Below the pieces are notes generated by a model. It was not told the origin of the DNA. It did not search any database and saw only the letters and a list, made by a program, of their open reading frames with translations. Position numbers and translations under genes: made by a program. Positions 18,662 to 27,903 of a DNA stretch of 64,000 bases are shown here, one piece after another. Origin of the DNA: Candidatus Omnitrophota bacterium (GTDB lineage: Bacteria > Omnitrophota > Gorgyraeia > Zapsychrales > Zapsychraceae); assembly GCA_028280285.1 (NCBI GenBank), contig JANQMA010000001.1:7184-71183 (forward strand), read 5' to 3'. The number at the start of each line of letters is the position of its first letter. Position 1 is the first letter of the stretch.

Positions 18662-19888
18662 CTACCCAAACGAATCAAACGCGATCATCTCTTCCGGCAC
18701 GCCTAAATCATCCAGCATATTTTGTACCGCATCAATCATCATCGGCGGCCCGCAGAGATAATATTCTATCTCTTCCGGCTCTTCATGATTCTTTAAATAA
18801 TTATCATACACCGCTTGATGAATGAACCCTGTTGGCCCATCCCAATTATCTTCAGGTAGCGCATCAGATAATGCCACATTATAAGAGAAGTTTGGAAATT
18901 CTTCAGCGATCTTCTTAAACTGATCATCATAAAACATCTCACGTTTGGAACGCGCACCATACCAGAAGCTGACCTTGCGGTCAGTCGTTTTAAGTGTGTG
19001 GAATAAATGAAAGATGTGGCTGCGCATCGGCGCCATACCGGCCCCACCGCCGATATACACCATCTCTTTTTTCGTATCTTTAATAAAGAACTCACCATAC
19101 GGACCGCTAATGGTCACCTTGTCGCCCGGCTTCATATTAAACACATAAGACGAACATTTACCCGGCGGCAAACTCATGTCGCGTGGCGGAGGTGTTGCAA
19201 TACGAATATTAAGCATAACAATGTTTCCTTCAGCAGGATGATTAGCCATTGAATATGCTCTAAAAACCGGTTCATCAATATCGCATTTTAAATCCCATAA
19301 TTTATACTGATCCCAGTCCGGATGATATTCTTTTTCAATATCAAAATCTTTAAAATTAATTTTTTGTTCTGGCACATCAATTTGAATATATCCCCCAGCT
19401 TCAAAATTAAGATTTTGACCAGGAGGTAATTCTAATACAAGTTCTTTGATAAAAGTCGCAACGTTATGATTTGAACGCACCGTACATTCAAACTTTTGAA
19501 TATTAAATATTTCTTCAGGTACATGAATCTTCATATCTTCACGCACCTTGACTTGGCAAGCTAGACGAACATTTTCTTTTTGCTCGCGGCGTGAAATAGC
19601 GCCAGTTTCCGTTGGAAGAATATCCCCGCCACCTTCCAAAACCTGACATTTACACATCGCGCATGTCCCCCCACCACCGCAAGCGGATGGAAGAAAGATA
19701 TTTTTGGTCGATAATGCCGTAAGCAGTGACGCGCCCGCGCCAACATGAAGCGGCTCAGCCCCATCATTGATTGTAATCGCACAGTCGCTTTCCCCGATGA
19801 CATTCTTCTTAACAAGAACGATCAATGCAACAAGCGCAAAGATAATTGTGCCAAAAGCGGCTGTACTCCAAATTAAATAATCTAACAC
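18662..19888 (-). CDS. nqrF: Na+-translocating NADH:quinone oxidoreductase subunit F
   Basis: 408 aa; N-terminal TM, 2Fe-2S ferredoxin Cys motif ([13 protein letters not shown]), FAD/NADH-binding domain. Confidence 0.93.
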   Translation of the reverse strand: MLDYLIWSTAAFGTIIFALVALIVLVKKNVIGESDCAITINDGAEPLHVGAGASLLTALSTKNIFLPSACGGGGTCAMCKCQVLEGGGDILPTETGAISRREQKENVRLACQVKVREDMKIHVPEEIFNIQKFECTVRSNHNVATFIKELVLELPPGQNLNFEAGGYIQIDVPEQKINFKDFDIEKEYHPDWDQYKLWDLKCDIDEPVFRAYSMANHPAEGNIVMLNIRIATPPPRDMSLPPGKCSSYVFNMKPGDKVTISGPYGEFFIKDTKKEMVYIGGGAGMAPMRSHIFHLFHTLKTTDRKVSFWYGARSKREMFYDDQFKKIAEEFPNFSYNVALSDALPEDNWDGPTGFIHQAVYDNYLKNHEEPEEIEYYLCGPPMMIDAVQNMLDDLGVPEEMIAFDSFG

Positions 19889-19898
19889 TTATCTTCTC

Positions 19899-20519
19899 CT
19901 ATAAAGAAATACCGGCAAAACACATAAAACCCATGGCCATAAGGCCTGTCACCATAAAAGTAATGCCCAAGCCTCTAAGCGGTTTTGGCACATTAGAATA
20001 TTGCAATTTCGTACGAATAGCGGCAAGTGCCACAATCGCAAGTGCCCAGCCAATGCCGGACCCAAGACCAAAGACAACCGCTTCGCCAAAGGCATACGCG
20101 CGCTGTTCCATAAATAATGATCCACCTAAAATCGCGCAGTTAACCGCAATTAAGGGAAGAAAGACACCGAGCGATGAATAAAGCGCCGGCATAAATTTCT
20201 CGAGTATCATCTCAACAATTTGAACCATTGTCGCGATCGTCGCGATATAGGCAATGAATGTCAAAAAGCTTAAATCAATTGTCTTAAGCGATTCAATACC
20301 TGTCCATGCCCCCATCGCTCCTTCCGATAAAAAGAAATGAGTGATGGCCCAATTGAGCGGACATGTGATCGTCAAAACAAAAATAACCGCGAACCCTAAA
20401 CCGACTGCGGTCTCTATTTTTTTAGAACATGCCAAAAACGTACACATCCCGAGGAAATAAGCTAAGAGAATGTTTTCAACAAAAATGGTTTTAACCGCTA
20501 AGCTTAAATAATGTTCCAT
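19899..20519 (-). CDS. nqrE: Na+-NQR subunit E
   Basis: Start taken at [10 protein letters not shown] (typical NqrE N-terminus), 1 nt after the nqrD stop. The track ORF extends 18 codons further upstream. Confidence 0.85.
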   Translation of the reverse strand: MEHYLSLAVKTIFVENILLAYFLGMCTFLACSKKIETAVGLGFAVIFVLTITCPLNWAITHFFLSEGAMGAWTGIESLKTIDLSFLTFIAYIATIATMVQIVEMILEKFMPALYSSLGVFLPLIAVNCAILGGSLFMEQRAYAFGEAVVFGLGSGIGWALAIVALAAIRTKLQYSNVPKPLRGLGITFMVTGLMAMGFMCFAGISL

Positions 20520-20520
20520 C

Positions 20521-21150
20521 TTAAGCCTCCTCCGTATAACCGCTGAAGAAACGTTGAACCCAAATAATGCCACCGATTAAAAACAATGCACTTGGCGCAA
20601 GCACCATCATCCCACAATCAACATAACCCATATCATAGAAGGCTTGCGGAATAATTTTGTATCCTAAAAGTGTTCCAGAACCGAAAAGCTCACGCGGAAC
20701 CGCAATAAGAATAAGAACAGCGCTATATCCTAACCCATTTCCTAACCCGTCCCAAAAAGACGGCAGCGGCCCATTAGCCATGGCAAATGCCTCGGCACGG
20801 CCCATAACAATACAATTGGTAATAATCAAACCAACAAAAACGCTCAGCTGTTTGCTTACATCAAACATATACGCTTTAAGCAATTGGTCCGCCAAAATAA
20901 CAAGTGTCGCAATAACAGATAATTGAACAATAACACGAATCGAATCGGGAATATGATTGCGGATAATCGAAATAACAACATTCGATAACGCAAGAACTGC
21001 GGTCAGCGCCAAACACATAACCAATGCCGTTTTAAGCTGCACCGTTACCGCCAGCGCCGAGCAAATGCCCAATACCTGTAAAGTCACAGGATTACTGTCA
21101 AGCATCGCATCTTTAATATTTTTTCTGTCTTGTTTTGTTATGACTGCCAT
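20521..21150 (-). CDS. nqrD: Na+-NQR subunit D
   Basis: 209 aa polytopic membrane protein in the NqrD/RnfE family. Confidence 0.9.
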   Translation of the reverse strand: MAVITKQDRKNIKDAMLDSNPVTLQVLGICSALAVTVQLKTALVMCLALTAVLALSNVVISIIRNHIPDSIRVIVQLSVIATLVILADQLLKAYMFDVSKQLSVFVGLIITNCIVMGRAEAFAMANGPLPSFWDGLGNGLGYSAVLILIAVPRELFGSGTLLGYKIIPQAFYDMGYVDCGMMVLAPSALFLIGGIIWVQRFFSGYTEEA

Positions 21151-21171
21151 GATCGCCTCCTTTAAGACGAA

Positions 21172-21891
21172 CTACTTCTGTCTAATTTTGCTAAAATACG
21201 GCTCGTACTTATCTAACTCATCAACGAGCATTTCGGTCACACCTTTCGATGTAATCGTCGCACCACTAATCCCATCTACATAATATTGCTTATCGCCTTC
21301 ATTGGCAACGACATTATCAACAAAACCTTTCACAACGCTCACCGGCCTTAACTCGTTTTTCTTCAAGTCCCAGATCTTTTTGCCAACAAAGTTTTCCTGA
21401 AACCAATCTTTTTCAATCTCCGCCCCTAAACCGGGTGTCTCCCCATGCTCATAAAAAGTAATCCCACGTACTGTCATCGCATCCGGCTCGATGGAAAAGT
21501 AACCATACATCGTCGACCATAATCCTTGTCCAACAACCGGAAACGCGTAGGCCACAGCGCCTGAGTTTTCTTTATACACATAAAGCGGAAGGCTGCCATC
21601 ACCCTCTTCAATATCTTCGACCGTCTTACCTTCTAATACTTGCCCATCCGTATTAAGAATAATCTCTTCAATCTTTTCATCATATGTATTTAAAATATCA
21701 TCAATTGTCGCGCCGTCACCCAATGGTTCGCGCAGAGAAACAACCTTTAAAATATTTTTCTTTTTATCAAGGGCAACATTAAGCTGCTGCTTTGTCTTTA
21801 GGCTTTGGGAAACGAACGTCAAAATAAAGCTGCAGATCAAACAAACGATCAGTGCAAAACCGAATATATATTTAGCGGCATTCTTATCCAC
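21172..21891 (-). CDS. nqrC: Na+-NQR subunit C
   Basis: FMN-binding subunit. Start moved to the GTG at 21889..21891 (VDKNAAKYIFGFALIV..., TM anchor), 2 nt from the nqrB stop. The track ORF begins at 21948, inside nqrB. Confidence 0.75.
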   Translation of the reverse strand: MDKNAAKYIFGFALIVCLICSFILTFVSQSLKTKQQLNVALDKKKNILKVVSLREPLGDGATIDDILNTYDEKIEEIILNTDGQVLEGKTVEDIEEGDGSLPLYVYKENSGAVAYAFPVVGQGLWSTMYGYFSIEPDAMTVRGITFYEHGETPGLGAEIEKDWFQENFVGKKIWDLKKNELRPVSVVKGFVDNVVANEGDKQYYVDGISGATITSKGVTEMLVDELDKYEPYFSKIRQK

Positions 21892-23047
21892 GCGCCGATC
21901 TCCTCTTGATTTGAGCCTGAACAACAAAATGATCGATCGTCGGCGCAAAGACGTTCATAAATAAAATCGCCAACATCACCCCTTCCGGATAAGCAGGGTT
22001 GACCATACGGATAAGCACAACCAAAGCACCGATGAGAATCCCGTAAATCCAGCGTCCAGCGTCTGTCGCCGACGATGAGACGGGGTCTGTCGCCATAAAC
22101 ACAGCACCAAAGGCAAAACCACCCATAATCAAATGCCACTGTGGTGGCAACGAAAAGAAGGCTAATGAATTTTCACCTTTAAATAACCCAAAGAAAAGAC
22201 TCATTGCAACAAGTCCTATCACACATCCGGCCATAACACGCCAACTCGCTACTCTCGTAATAAGTAAAAACGCCAAGCCTAAAAGACAGGCGAGCGCGGA
22301 CGTCTCACCAATTGATCCTGGAATAAATCCTAAAAAGACATCTTGAAATGTGTATCCTGCGTTTTGAATGGCTTCCACCGCATCCGTCCCGCGCTCCGCA
22401 ATGGCAGCCACTGCAAGCGGTGTGGCCTTAGAAAATCCGTCGACTGCCGCCCAAACAGCATCACCCGACATCTGCGCCGGATAAGCAAAAAAGACAAACG
22501 CCCGCGCTGTCAGCGCCGGATTTAAAACATTGTATCCCGTTCCACCAAAAATCTCTTTTCCGATCACAACCCCAAAAGAAATCCCAACGGCGACTTGCCA
22601 CAGTGGAATTGTCGGCGGGAGTGTCAACGCAAATAAAATACCGGTCACCAAAAACCCTTCATTGATCTCATGATTGCGGACAATCGCAAATAAACCTTCC
22701 CATAAACCGCCCACCGCATACGTTACAATAATAATAGGAAGCACTTTAAGGGCTCCGGCGCCAAAGCACGCTAAAACAGAATACTCGAGCCCCTCGGCAA
22801 CAGACATTTGATAACCGACATTATACATCCCCATCAAAATACAAGGCGTCAGCGCAAGGACAACAAAGATCATCACACGCTTGATATCAACAGCGTCACG
22901 CACATGCGGTGCTTGTTTGGTCGTCTTCCCAGGGGTAAGCAAAAATGTATCTAAAGCATCAAATAAAGGAAACATTTTTTCTAGAGGTTTGCCTTTAGAA
23001 AAATACTTTTCTTCAATCTCTTTAGAAATTTTCGCGAACAAACTCAT
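21884..23047 (-). CDS. nqrB: Na+-NQR subunit B
   Basis: Start at MSLFAKISKEIEEKYF (typical NqrB N-terminus), 2 nt after the nqrA stop. The track ORF start at 23131 lies inside nqrA. Confidence 0.85.
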   Translation of the reverse strand: MSLFAKISKEIEEKYFSKGKPLEKMFPLFDALDTFLLTPGKTTKQAPHVRDAVDIKRVMIFVVLALTPCILMGMYNVGYQMSVAEGLEYSVLACFGAGALKVLPIIIVTYAVGGLWEGLFAIVRNHEINEGFLVTGILFALTLPPTIPLWQVAVGISFGVVIGKEIFGGTGYNVLNPALTARAFVFFAYPAQMSGDAVWAAVDGFSKATPLAVAAIAERGTDAVEAIQNAGYTFQDVFLGFIPGSIGETSALACLLGLAFLLITRVASWRVMAGCVIGLVAMSLFFGLFKGENSLAFFSLPPQWHLIMGGFAFGAVFMATDPVSSSATDAGRWIYGILIGALVVLIRMVNPAYPEGVMLAILFMNVFAPTIDHFVVQAQIKRRSARG

Positions 23048-23049
23048 AA

Positions 23050-24399
23050 TTAGCCTTCTTTTTGAATAACGTCCAGTCCTTGACGGATAATAGCGCCCAC
23101 CTCTGTTTTCGAAGGACAGGCAAATGTACATAAAGCAAAATCTTCTTCATCCACTTCCAAAATGCCCATTGCTTCCGCCGATTCAATGTCATTGGCAATC
23201 ACGGCCTTTAGCAGAAAATAGACCGGAATATCAAGAGGCACATACTTATCATACAAATGATTACACACAATAGCGCGCTCGCCGCCATTCGTGTCGGCAT
23301 CAAGGGAATACTCTGCTCTTGGAACAAAAGCCGACGCATAGGTATTAGAAAGCGTATATAAATCAAATCCCGGAACCAACCACCCTAACAAGCGTCTATC
23401 TCCTCCCTCTGGAATAATGGTCACTTGTGAGTCGTAAAAGCAGACATATCCATCGGCACCAACACTTTTGCCTGATAACACACTCCCTGAAATGCATCTT
23501 TGTCCCATCAAATCGCTTCCTGCCGTTAAATCTTTAATCGACGCGCCTATTATTGTCTTGGCATAATATCTTTTTTCGACCCCTTCTCCTGTGACCGCGA
23601 CATATTTTTCGACTGGATGCGTGCCTGTTAAAAGAAGTTGGCCGATGCGCACAACATCTTGCGCTTCGACATACCAAACCGTGTCGCCTTTTTCGATTTT
23701 ATCGATATTGTAAATATGGGTGCTGACATTCCCTGCCGGATGTGGCCCGGAAAACCGGTGTGTAATTACATTTTGAGCTTCTGTCAGAACCTTGGATTTG
23801 GCGTCTGGTGCTGTACAAAGAAATACTTCCCCTTGTGTCAGTGTTTTAAGCGCATCAAGGCCTGCTTGAAATTCTTTCTCAAGCCCCTCAAGAACAACAT
23901 CAACATCCATCGCGAGTGGATCAGTGTTAACGGCCCGAACAAATATACTTTTCGGCTCTGCTGATGTATCGGCAATGCAAGAAAACGGTCTTTGGCGCAC
24001 AGCCGGCCAAAGACCGCCGGAAAGAAGAGCTTTGATCACATCACTTTTGGCTAAACGCGCAATTTCCTCAGCCCTAAACGTTGCAAAGGCCTCGGCATCC
24101 TGATTGCCATCGGTTTTGATCACAATTTCCATAAGGGCACGTTTCGCCCCACGGGTAATCGCCTCGACCGTGCCGCTGGCCGGGGATAAAAATGCTATAT
24201 CTTCATTGGTTTTATCTATGAAAAGTTTTGAGCCGACTTTAACGCTGTCACCCACTTTGACCGCCAGGCGCGGTTTAATGCCGCGAAAGTCTTGTGGCTG
24301 AAGGGCAATTGTCGACGGGAAAGGAAGCTCGACAACTTCTTTGGCCGCTTGGCCTTTAATCTTTAGATCTTTACCTTTTTTAATCTGGAACTCTGCCAT
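23050..24399 (-). CDS. nqrA: Na+-NQR subunit A
   Basis: 449 aa; NqrA family. Confidence 0.9.
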   Translation of the reverse strand: MAEFQIKKGKDLKIKGQAAKEVVELPFPSTIALQPQDFRGIKPRLAVKVGDSVKVGSKLFIDKTNEDIAFLSPASGTVEAITRGAKRALMEIVIKTDGNQDAEAFATFRAEEIARLAKSDVIKALLSGGLWPAVRQRPFSCIADTSAEPKSIFVRAVNTDPLAMDVDVVLEGLEKEFQAGLDALKTLTQGEVFLCTAPDAKSKVLTEAQNVITHRFSGPHPAGNVSTHIYNIDKIEKGDTVWYVEAQDVVRIGQLLLTGTHPVEKYVAVTGEGVEKRYYAKTIIGASIKDLTAGSDLMGQRCISGSVLSGKSVGADGYVCFYDSQVTIIPEGGDRRLLGWLVPGFDLYTLSNTYASAFVPRAEYSLDADTNGGERAIVCNHLYDKYVPLDIPVYFLLKAVIANDIESAEAMGILEVDEEDFALCTFACPSKTEVGAIIRQGLDVIQKEG

Positions 24400-24454
24400 A
24401 AAGGTTTCTTCGATTAAATGAAAACTAAAAAATTAAATTCTTATTTAGAAAAGA

Positions 24455-24499
24455 CGATGGTGAAAGAAATAACTTTACATTATTATACATGGATGTCAA
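24455..24499 (-). promoter_or_regulatory. possible nqr operon promoter (TTGACA-16-TAAAGT)
   Basis: Minus-sense TTGACA at 24494..24499 with a TAAAGT hexamer 16 nt downstream, about 60 nt upstream of nqrA. Confidence 0.3.
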
Positions 24500-24546
24500 G
24501 TCTCGTCTTTAAAAATAGGAATTATTTTAGATGGTGACTTGTGGCT

Positions 24547-25650
24547 TTAAAAGGCGTTTAGGATCGCATCGATATCCACATACTGCTTGACCAGGCGGGC
24601 GGCCTCAGCGATTTTGTCCTTATCTTTCTTTTGGATCTTACAGATCAAATTCTCCAGCTGCGCGGCCACTGTATATGTGTCTAGATCAGTCACAAGGATT
24701 GGAATTTCACTTTTTTTAAGCAAATCAATAATCTTTCGGTTAGGCATAAGGCCTCCGGTCAAAATAATGCCCGAAATATGGACACTTTCACCCCCTTTGA
24801 CCAAATGCGAGCTAACCGCAAGCAAAATATTGTCTACCCGGTCCCCTGAAGTCAGAACAAGGGTGCCTCCAGTCAGATAGTGGATCATATTATGCGGTTC
24901 CATCGCCGCAACAATAGTGTTGGTGACTCTACGCGAGATAGCCTTTTTGCCGCATAGAATGGTTAGCCCGAGCCTGCGCATGACCTGCTCAATGGTTGGA
25001 CTACTTAAAAGCGGTTGAACCGGGATAACTCCCAAGAGCTTAATGCCTTTATTCTTGAGGCCTCGTTTAAGCGATTTTTTTATACGTGCGTACTTATCAT
25101 GCCGTACTTTGTTAATAACAACGCCAATGACCTCTACCCCCCGCAAATCAAAAAGGGCCTTATTGAGCATGATTTCATCAATGGCCTTGCCAATACCGCC
25201 TTCACTGACAATAATCGCCTTCGTCCCCAAGAGTGCTGCCACATCGGCATTCGAATGATCGATGACAGACCCAACACCGGCATGGCCGGTGCCTTCGACC
25301 ACCATGACTGAATGGCCTTTTTTAAGATAGTGATAGGAATCTAAAATTTTCTTTTTAACTTTTTCATCATTCGGATTGAAAATATATTTTTCCGTCGCCC
25401 CGCGGCCGATTGTGACCGGGCTCATCTTGGCATATTCGCGGCTTGTTTTAAACACCTCGCCGATCAGATAAGAATCTTTATCGATATTAACCTTACCGAC
25501 ATTGACGACCTCTTGGCCGACCGGTTTTATGAATGATGTTTTAATCCGACGAGATTTAAGTGCCTTAAACAACCCTAAACACATAGTTGTTTTACCGGCG
25601 TTTTGATGAATGGAGGAAATGAAAATACTTTTAACAGGTGTGTCGGGCAT
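24547..25650 (-). CDS. Pta N-terminal-like protein (AAA_26 P-loop plus DRTGG domain), standalone
   Basis: 367 aa; N-terminal NAGKTT P-loop-like segment and a DRTGG-type C-terminal region (LVLTSGDRVD). Resembles the regulatory N-terminal domain of phosphotransacetylase without the PTA catalytic domain. 22 nt downstream of sucD. Confidence 0.6.
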   Translation of the reverse strand: MPDTPVKSIFISSIHQNAGKTTMCLGLFKALKSRRIKTSFIKPVGQEVVNVGKVNIDKDSYLIGEVFKTSREYAKMSPVTIGRGATEKYIFNPNDEKVKKKILDSYHYLKKGHSVMVVEGTGHAGVGSVIDHSNADVAALLGTKAIIVSEGGIGKAIDEIMLNKALFDLRGVEVIGVVINKVRHDKYARIKKSLKRGLKNKGIKLLGVIPVQPLLSSPTIEQVMRRLGLTILCGKKAISRRVTNTIVAAMEPHNMIHYLTGGTLVLTSGDRVDNILLAVSSHLVKGGESVHISGIILTGGLMPNRKIIDLLKKSEIPILVTDLDTYTVAAQLENLICKIQKKDKDKIAEAARLVKQYVDIDAILNAF

Positions 25651-25671
25651 CCCAAAGACCTTATGCTATCT

Positions 25672-26544
25672 TTATAACCCCAGCTTTTCTTTAAATAATG
25701 CAGGTATTTCGTCAGGAAAGTCAACGACTGTCGCGCCGGCATCTTCCAATATCGCACGCTTGGCCTCGGCCGTGCCGTCACCGGAAGAGATGATGGCCCC
25801 GGCATGACCCATGCGTTTGCCTTTAGGCGCTGTGCGCCCAGCAATAAAAGAGACGACCGGCTTAGTCACATGTTCTTTGATATATTTCGCCGCAATCTGT
25901 TCGTCCTCGCCACCAATTTCGCCAACCATCACAATCCCTTTTGTCTCGGGGTCATTTTGAAACATTTCAAGGACATCAATAAAGCGTGTTCCGATAATCG
26001 GATCACCGCCAATGCCCACACAACTCGTCTGTCCGATATCAGCCATTGTCAGATTATAGACAACTTCGTAGGTTAATGTGCCGCTGCGTGATACCACACC
26101 GATCGGACCCGGTTTGTGAATATGTCCCGGCATAATCCCAACCTTGCATTTGCCCGGCGATATAACGCCCGGACAATTAGGTCCGATAAGGCGAATATTC
26201 GTGCCTTCCATTTTTTTACGGACTTCCACCATATCTAAAACAGGCAAGCCTTCTGTAATACAAATGATTAATTCCATACCGGCCTCAATATCTTCAATCA
26301 TCGCCGCTTTGGCAAATTTGGCCGGGACATAAATGATCGCGAGATTCGCGCCTGTTTTTTCACGTGCTTCGGCCACCGTATCGAAAACAGGAATGCCATG
26401 CACCTCTTGGCCACCCTTGCCGGGCGTTACGCCGGCCACCACATTGGTGCCATAAGCCTTCATCTGCTCGGCGTGAAAAGAACCATCACGGCCGGTAATC
26501 CCCTGAACAAGAACCTTTGTATTTTCGTTAACAAGTACACTCAT
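25672..26544 (-). CDS. sucD: succinyl-CoA synthetase alpha subunit
   Basis: 290 aa; CoA-binding and phospho-His region ([10 protein letters not shown]). Confidence 0.93.
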   Translation of the reverse strand: MSVLVNENTKVLVQGITGRDGSFHAEQMKAYGTNVVAGVTPGKGGQEVHGIPVFDTVAEAREKTGANLAIIYVPAKFAKAAMIEDIEAGMELIICITEGLPVLDMVEVRKKMEGTNIRLIGPNCPGVISPGKCKVGIMPGHIHKPGPIGVVSRSGTLTYEVVYNLTMADIGQTSCVGIGGDPIIGTRFIDVLEMFQNDPETKGIVMVGEIGGEDEQIAAKYIKEHVTKPVVSFIAGRTAPKGKRMGHAGAIISSGDGTAEAKRAILEDAGATVVDFPDEIPALFKEKLGL

Positions 26545-26585
26545 AATCTAAATTATTTTAACCTACATACTATAATCTGTAATTC

Positions 26586-26650
26586 GAGGTTTTAGGTGTA
26601 AGGTTTTGGGTTTTAGTCGACTAACACCTAGCACCTAAAACCTAACACCC
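26586..26650. repeat. REP-like hairpin repeat (family B, copy 1)
   Basis: AGGTGTaAGGTTTTGGGTTTTAGTcGACTAACaCCTAgCACCTAAAACCTAAcACC in the sucC-sucD intergenic region; about 90% identical to the copy at 30368..30432. Confidence 0.6.
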
Positions 26651-26682
26651 TTTGTTGTAGCCTATGCTACAACTATGCCTGC

Positions 26683-27816
26683 TTAAGCCTGCGACAAAGA
26701 CACAACCTTCTCAACAGCTTCGCGCATGGTGGCATAGGTTTCCACACCATTTTGAGAAAGAAGCTCTTTGGCCTCTGTTTCATTTGTTCCGGTCAGCCTT
26801 ACAACAAGCGGCACCGGAAGATCAATTTGATCGCGTGCTTGTAAAATACCTTTAGCAATATCATCACAACGCGTGATGCCGCCAAAAATATTAATCAAGA
26901 TCGCTTTAATATCTTTATTGCGCAAAATAATGTTAAGCGCGTTTAAAACTTTCTCCGGGTTTGAGCTTCCCCCGACATCCAAAAAGTTAGCCGGGTTTCC
27001 TCCGGCAAGCTTGACAATATCCATTGTTGCCATGGCAAGTCCCGCGCCATTAACAATACACCCAACATTTCCCTCGAGCTTAACAAAACTTAAATTTTTC
27101 TCTTTGGCCTCCAACTCATCGGCATCTTCATAGGTCATATCACGCAGATCATTAAGCTCGGCATGACGTTCCAGCGCATTTTCATCAAAATTAATTTTGG
27201 CATCCGCCGCAAGCAGATTACCTTCACCGTCAATCACCAAAGGATTGATCTCGGCAATAGAGCAATCATTATCAAAGAAAACCTGAACAAGTTTTTGAAA
27301 AATGTCGGTGGCAATATCTTGATGCGTTTTATCATCAAAAATGCTTGTGATAAAACCTTGGAAGCGATCAAGGTCGAGAGTCCTCTCGCCTTGTAAATAA
27401 TATTTTTTAATAGCGTCGGGATTGGTTTTGGCGACTTCTTCGATTTCCACGCCGCCTTCGGCGCTGGCAATAAGCACAACATCGTTTTTGCCGGGATCAA
27501 CCGTGATGCCGATATAAAATTCTTTTTTGATATCAATCGCGCGGACAACAGCGACTTTCTCGACAGGGTAACCACCAATCTTAAGTTCACGGAGCTGGGC
27601 AAAAGTGGATATAAGCGTCTCTTTATCCTGCACAACCTTGATGCCGCCGGCCTTGCCTCGACCACCGACGAGCACCTGTGATTTAAGCACAACCGGATAG
27701 CCTGACTCCTCAGCAATGGCCACAGCTTCTTCCGCTTCAGAGGCTACTTTGCCGCTGGCAACCGGAATGCCGGCTTTCTTAAAAATTTCTATGGCTTGAT
27801 ATTCGTGGATTTTCAT
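26683..27816 (-). CDS. sucC: succinyl-CoA synthetase beta subunit
   Basis: 377 aa; ATP-grasp N-terminus MKIHEYQAIEIFKKAGIPV. Confidence 0.93.
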   Translation of the reverse strand: MKIHEYQAIEIFKKAGIPVASGKVASEAEEAVAIAEESGYPVVLKSQVLVGGRGKAGGIKVVQDKETLISTFAQLRELKIGGYPVEKVAVVRAIDIKKEFYIGITVDPGKNDVVLIASAEGGVEIEEVAKTNPDAIKKYYLQGERTLDLDRFQGFITSIFDDKTHQDIATDIFQKLVQVFFDNDCSIAEINPLVIDGEGNLLAADAKINFDENALERHAELNDLRDMTYEDADELEAKEKNLSFVKLEGNVGCIVNGAGLAMATMDIVKLAGGNPANFLDVGGSSNPEKVLNALNIILRNKDIKAILINIFGGITRCDDIAKGILQARDQIDLPVPLVVRLTGTNETEAKELLSQNGVETYATMREAVEKVVSLSQA

Positions 27817-27861
27817 TATGAAAAATCATAACACACACAAAGCGTTTTCCAAGAAAAATGT

Positions 27862-27902
27862 ATTAAAATAAAGCCACACGAACCTCGTAGGTTCGTGTGG
27901 CT
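27862..27902 (-). terminator. rho-independent terminator after the GH65 gene
   Basis: Minus-sense perfect 12-bp stem gccacacgaacc-tacga-ggttcgtgtggc followed by tttattttaat. Confidence 0.6.
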
Positions 27903-27903
27903 T

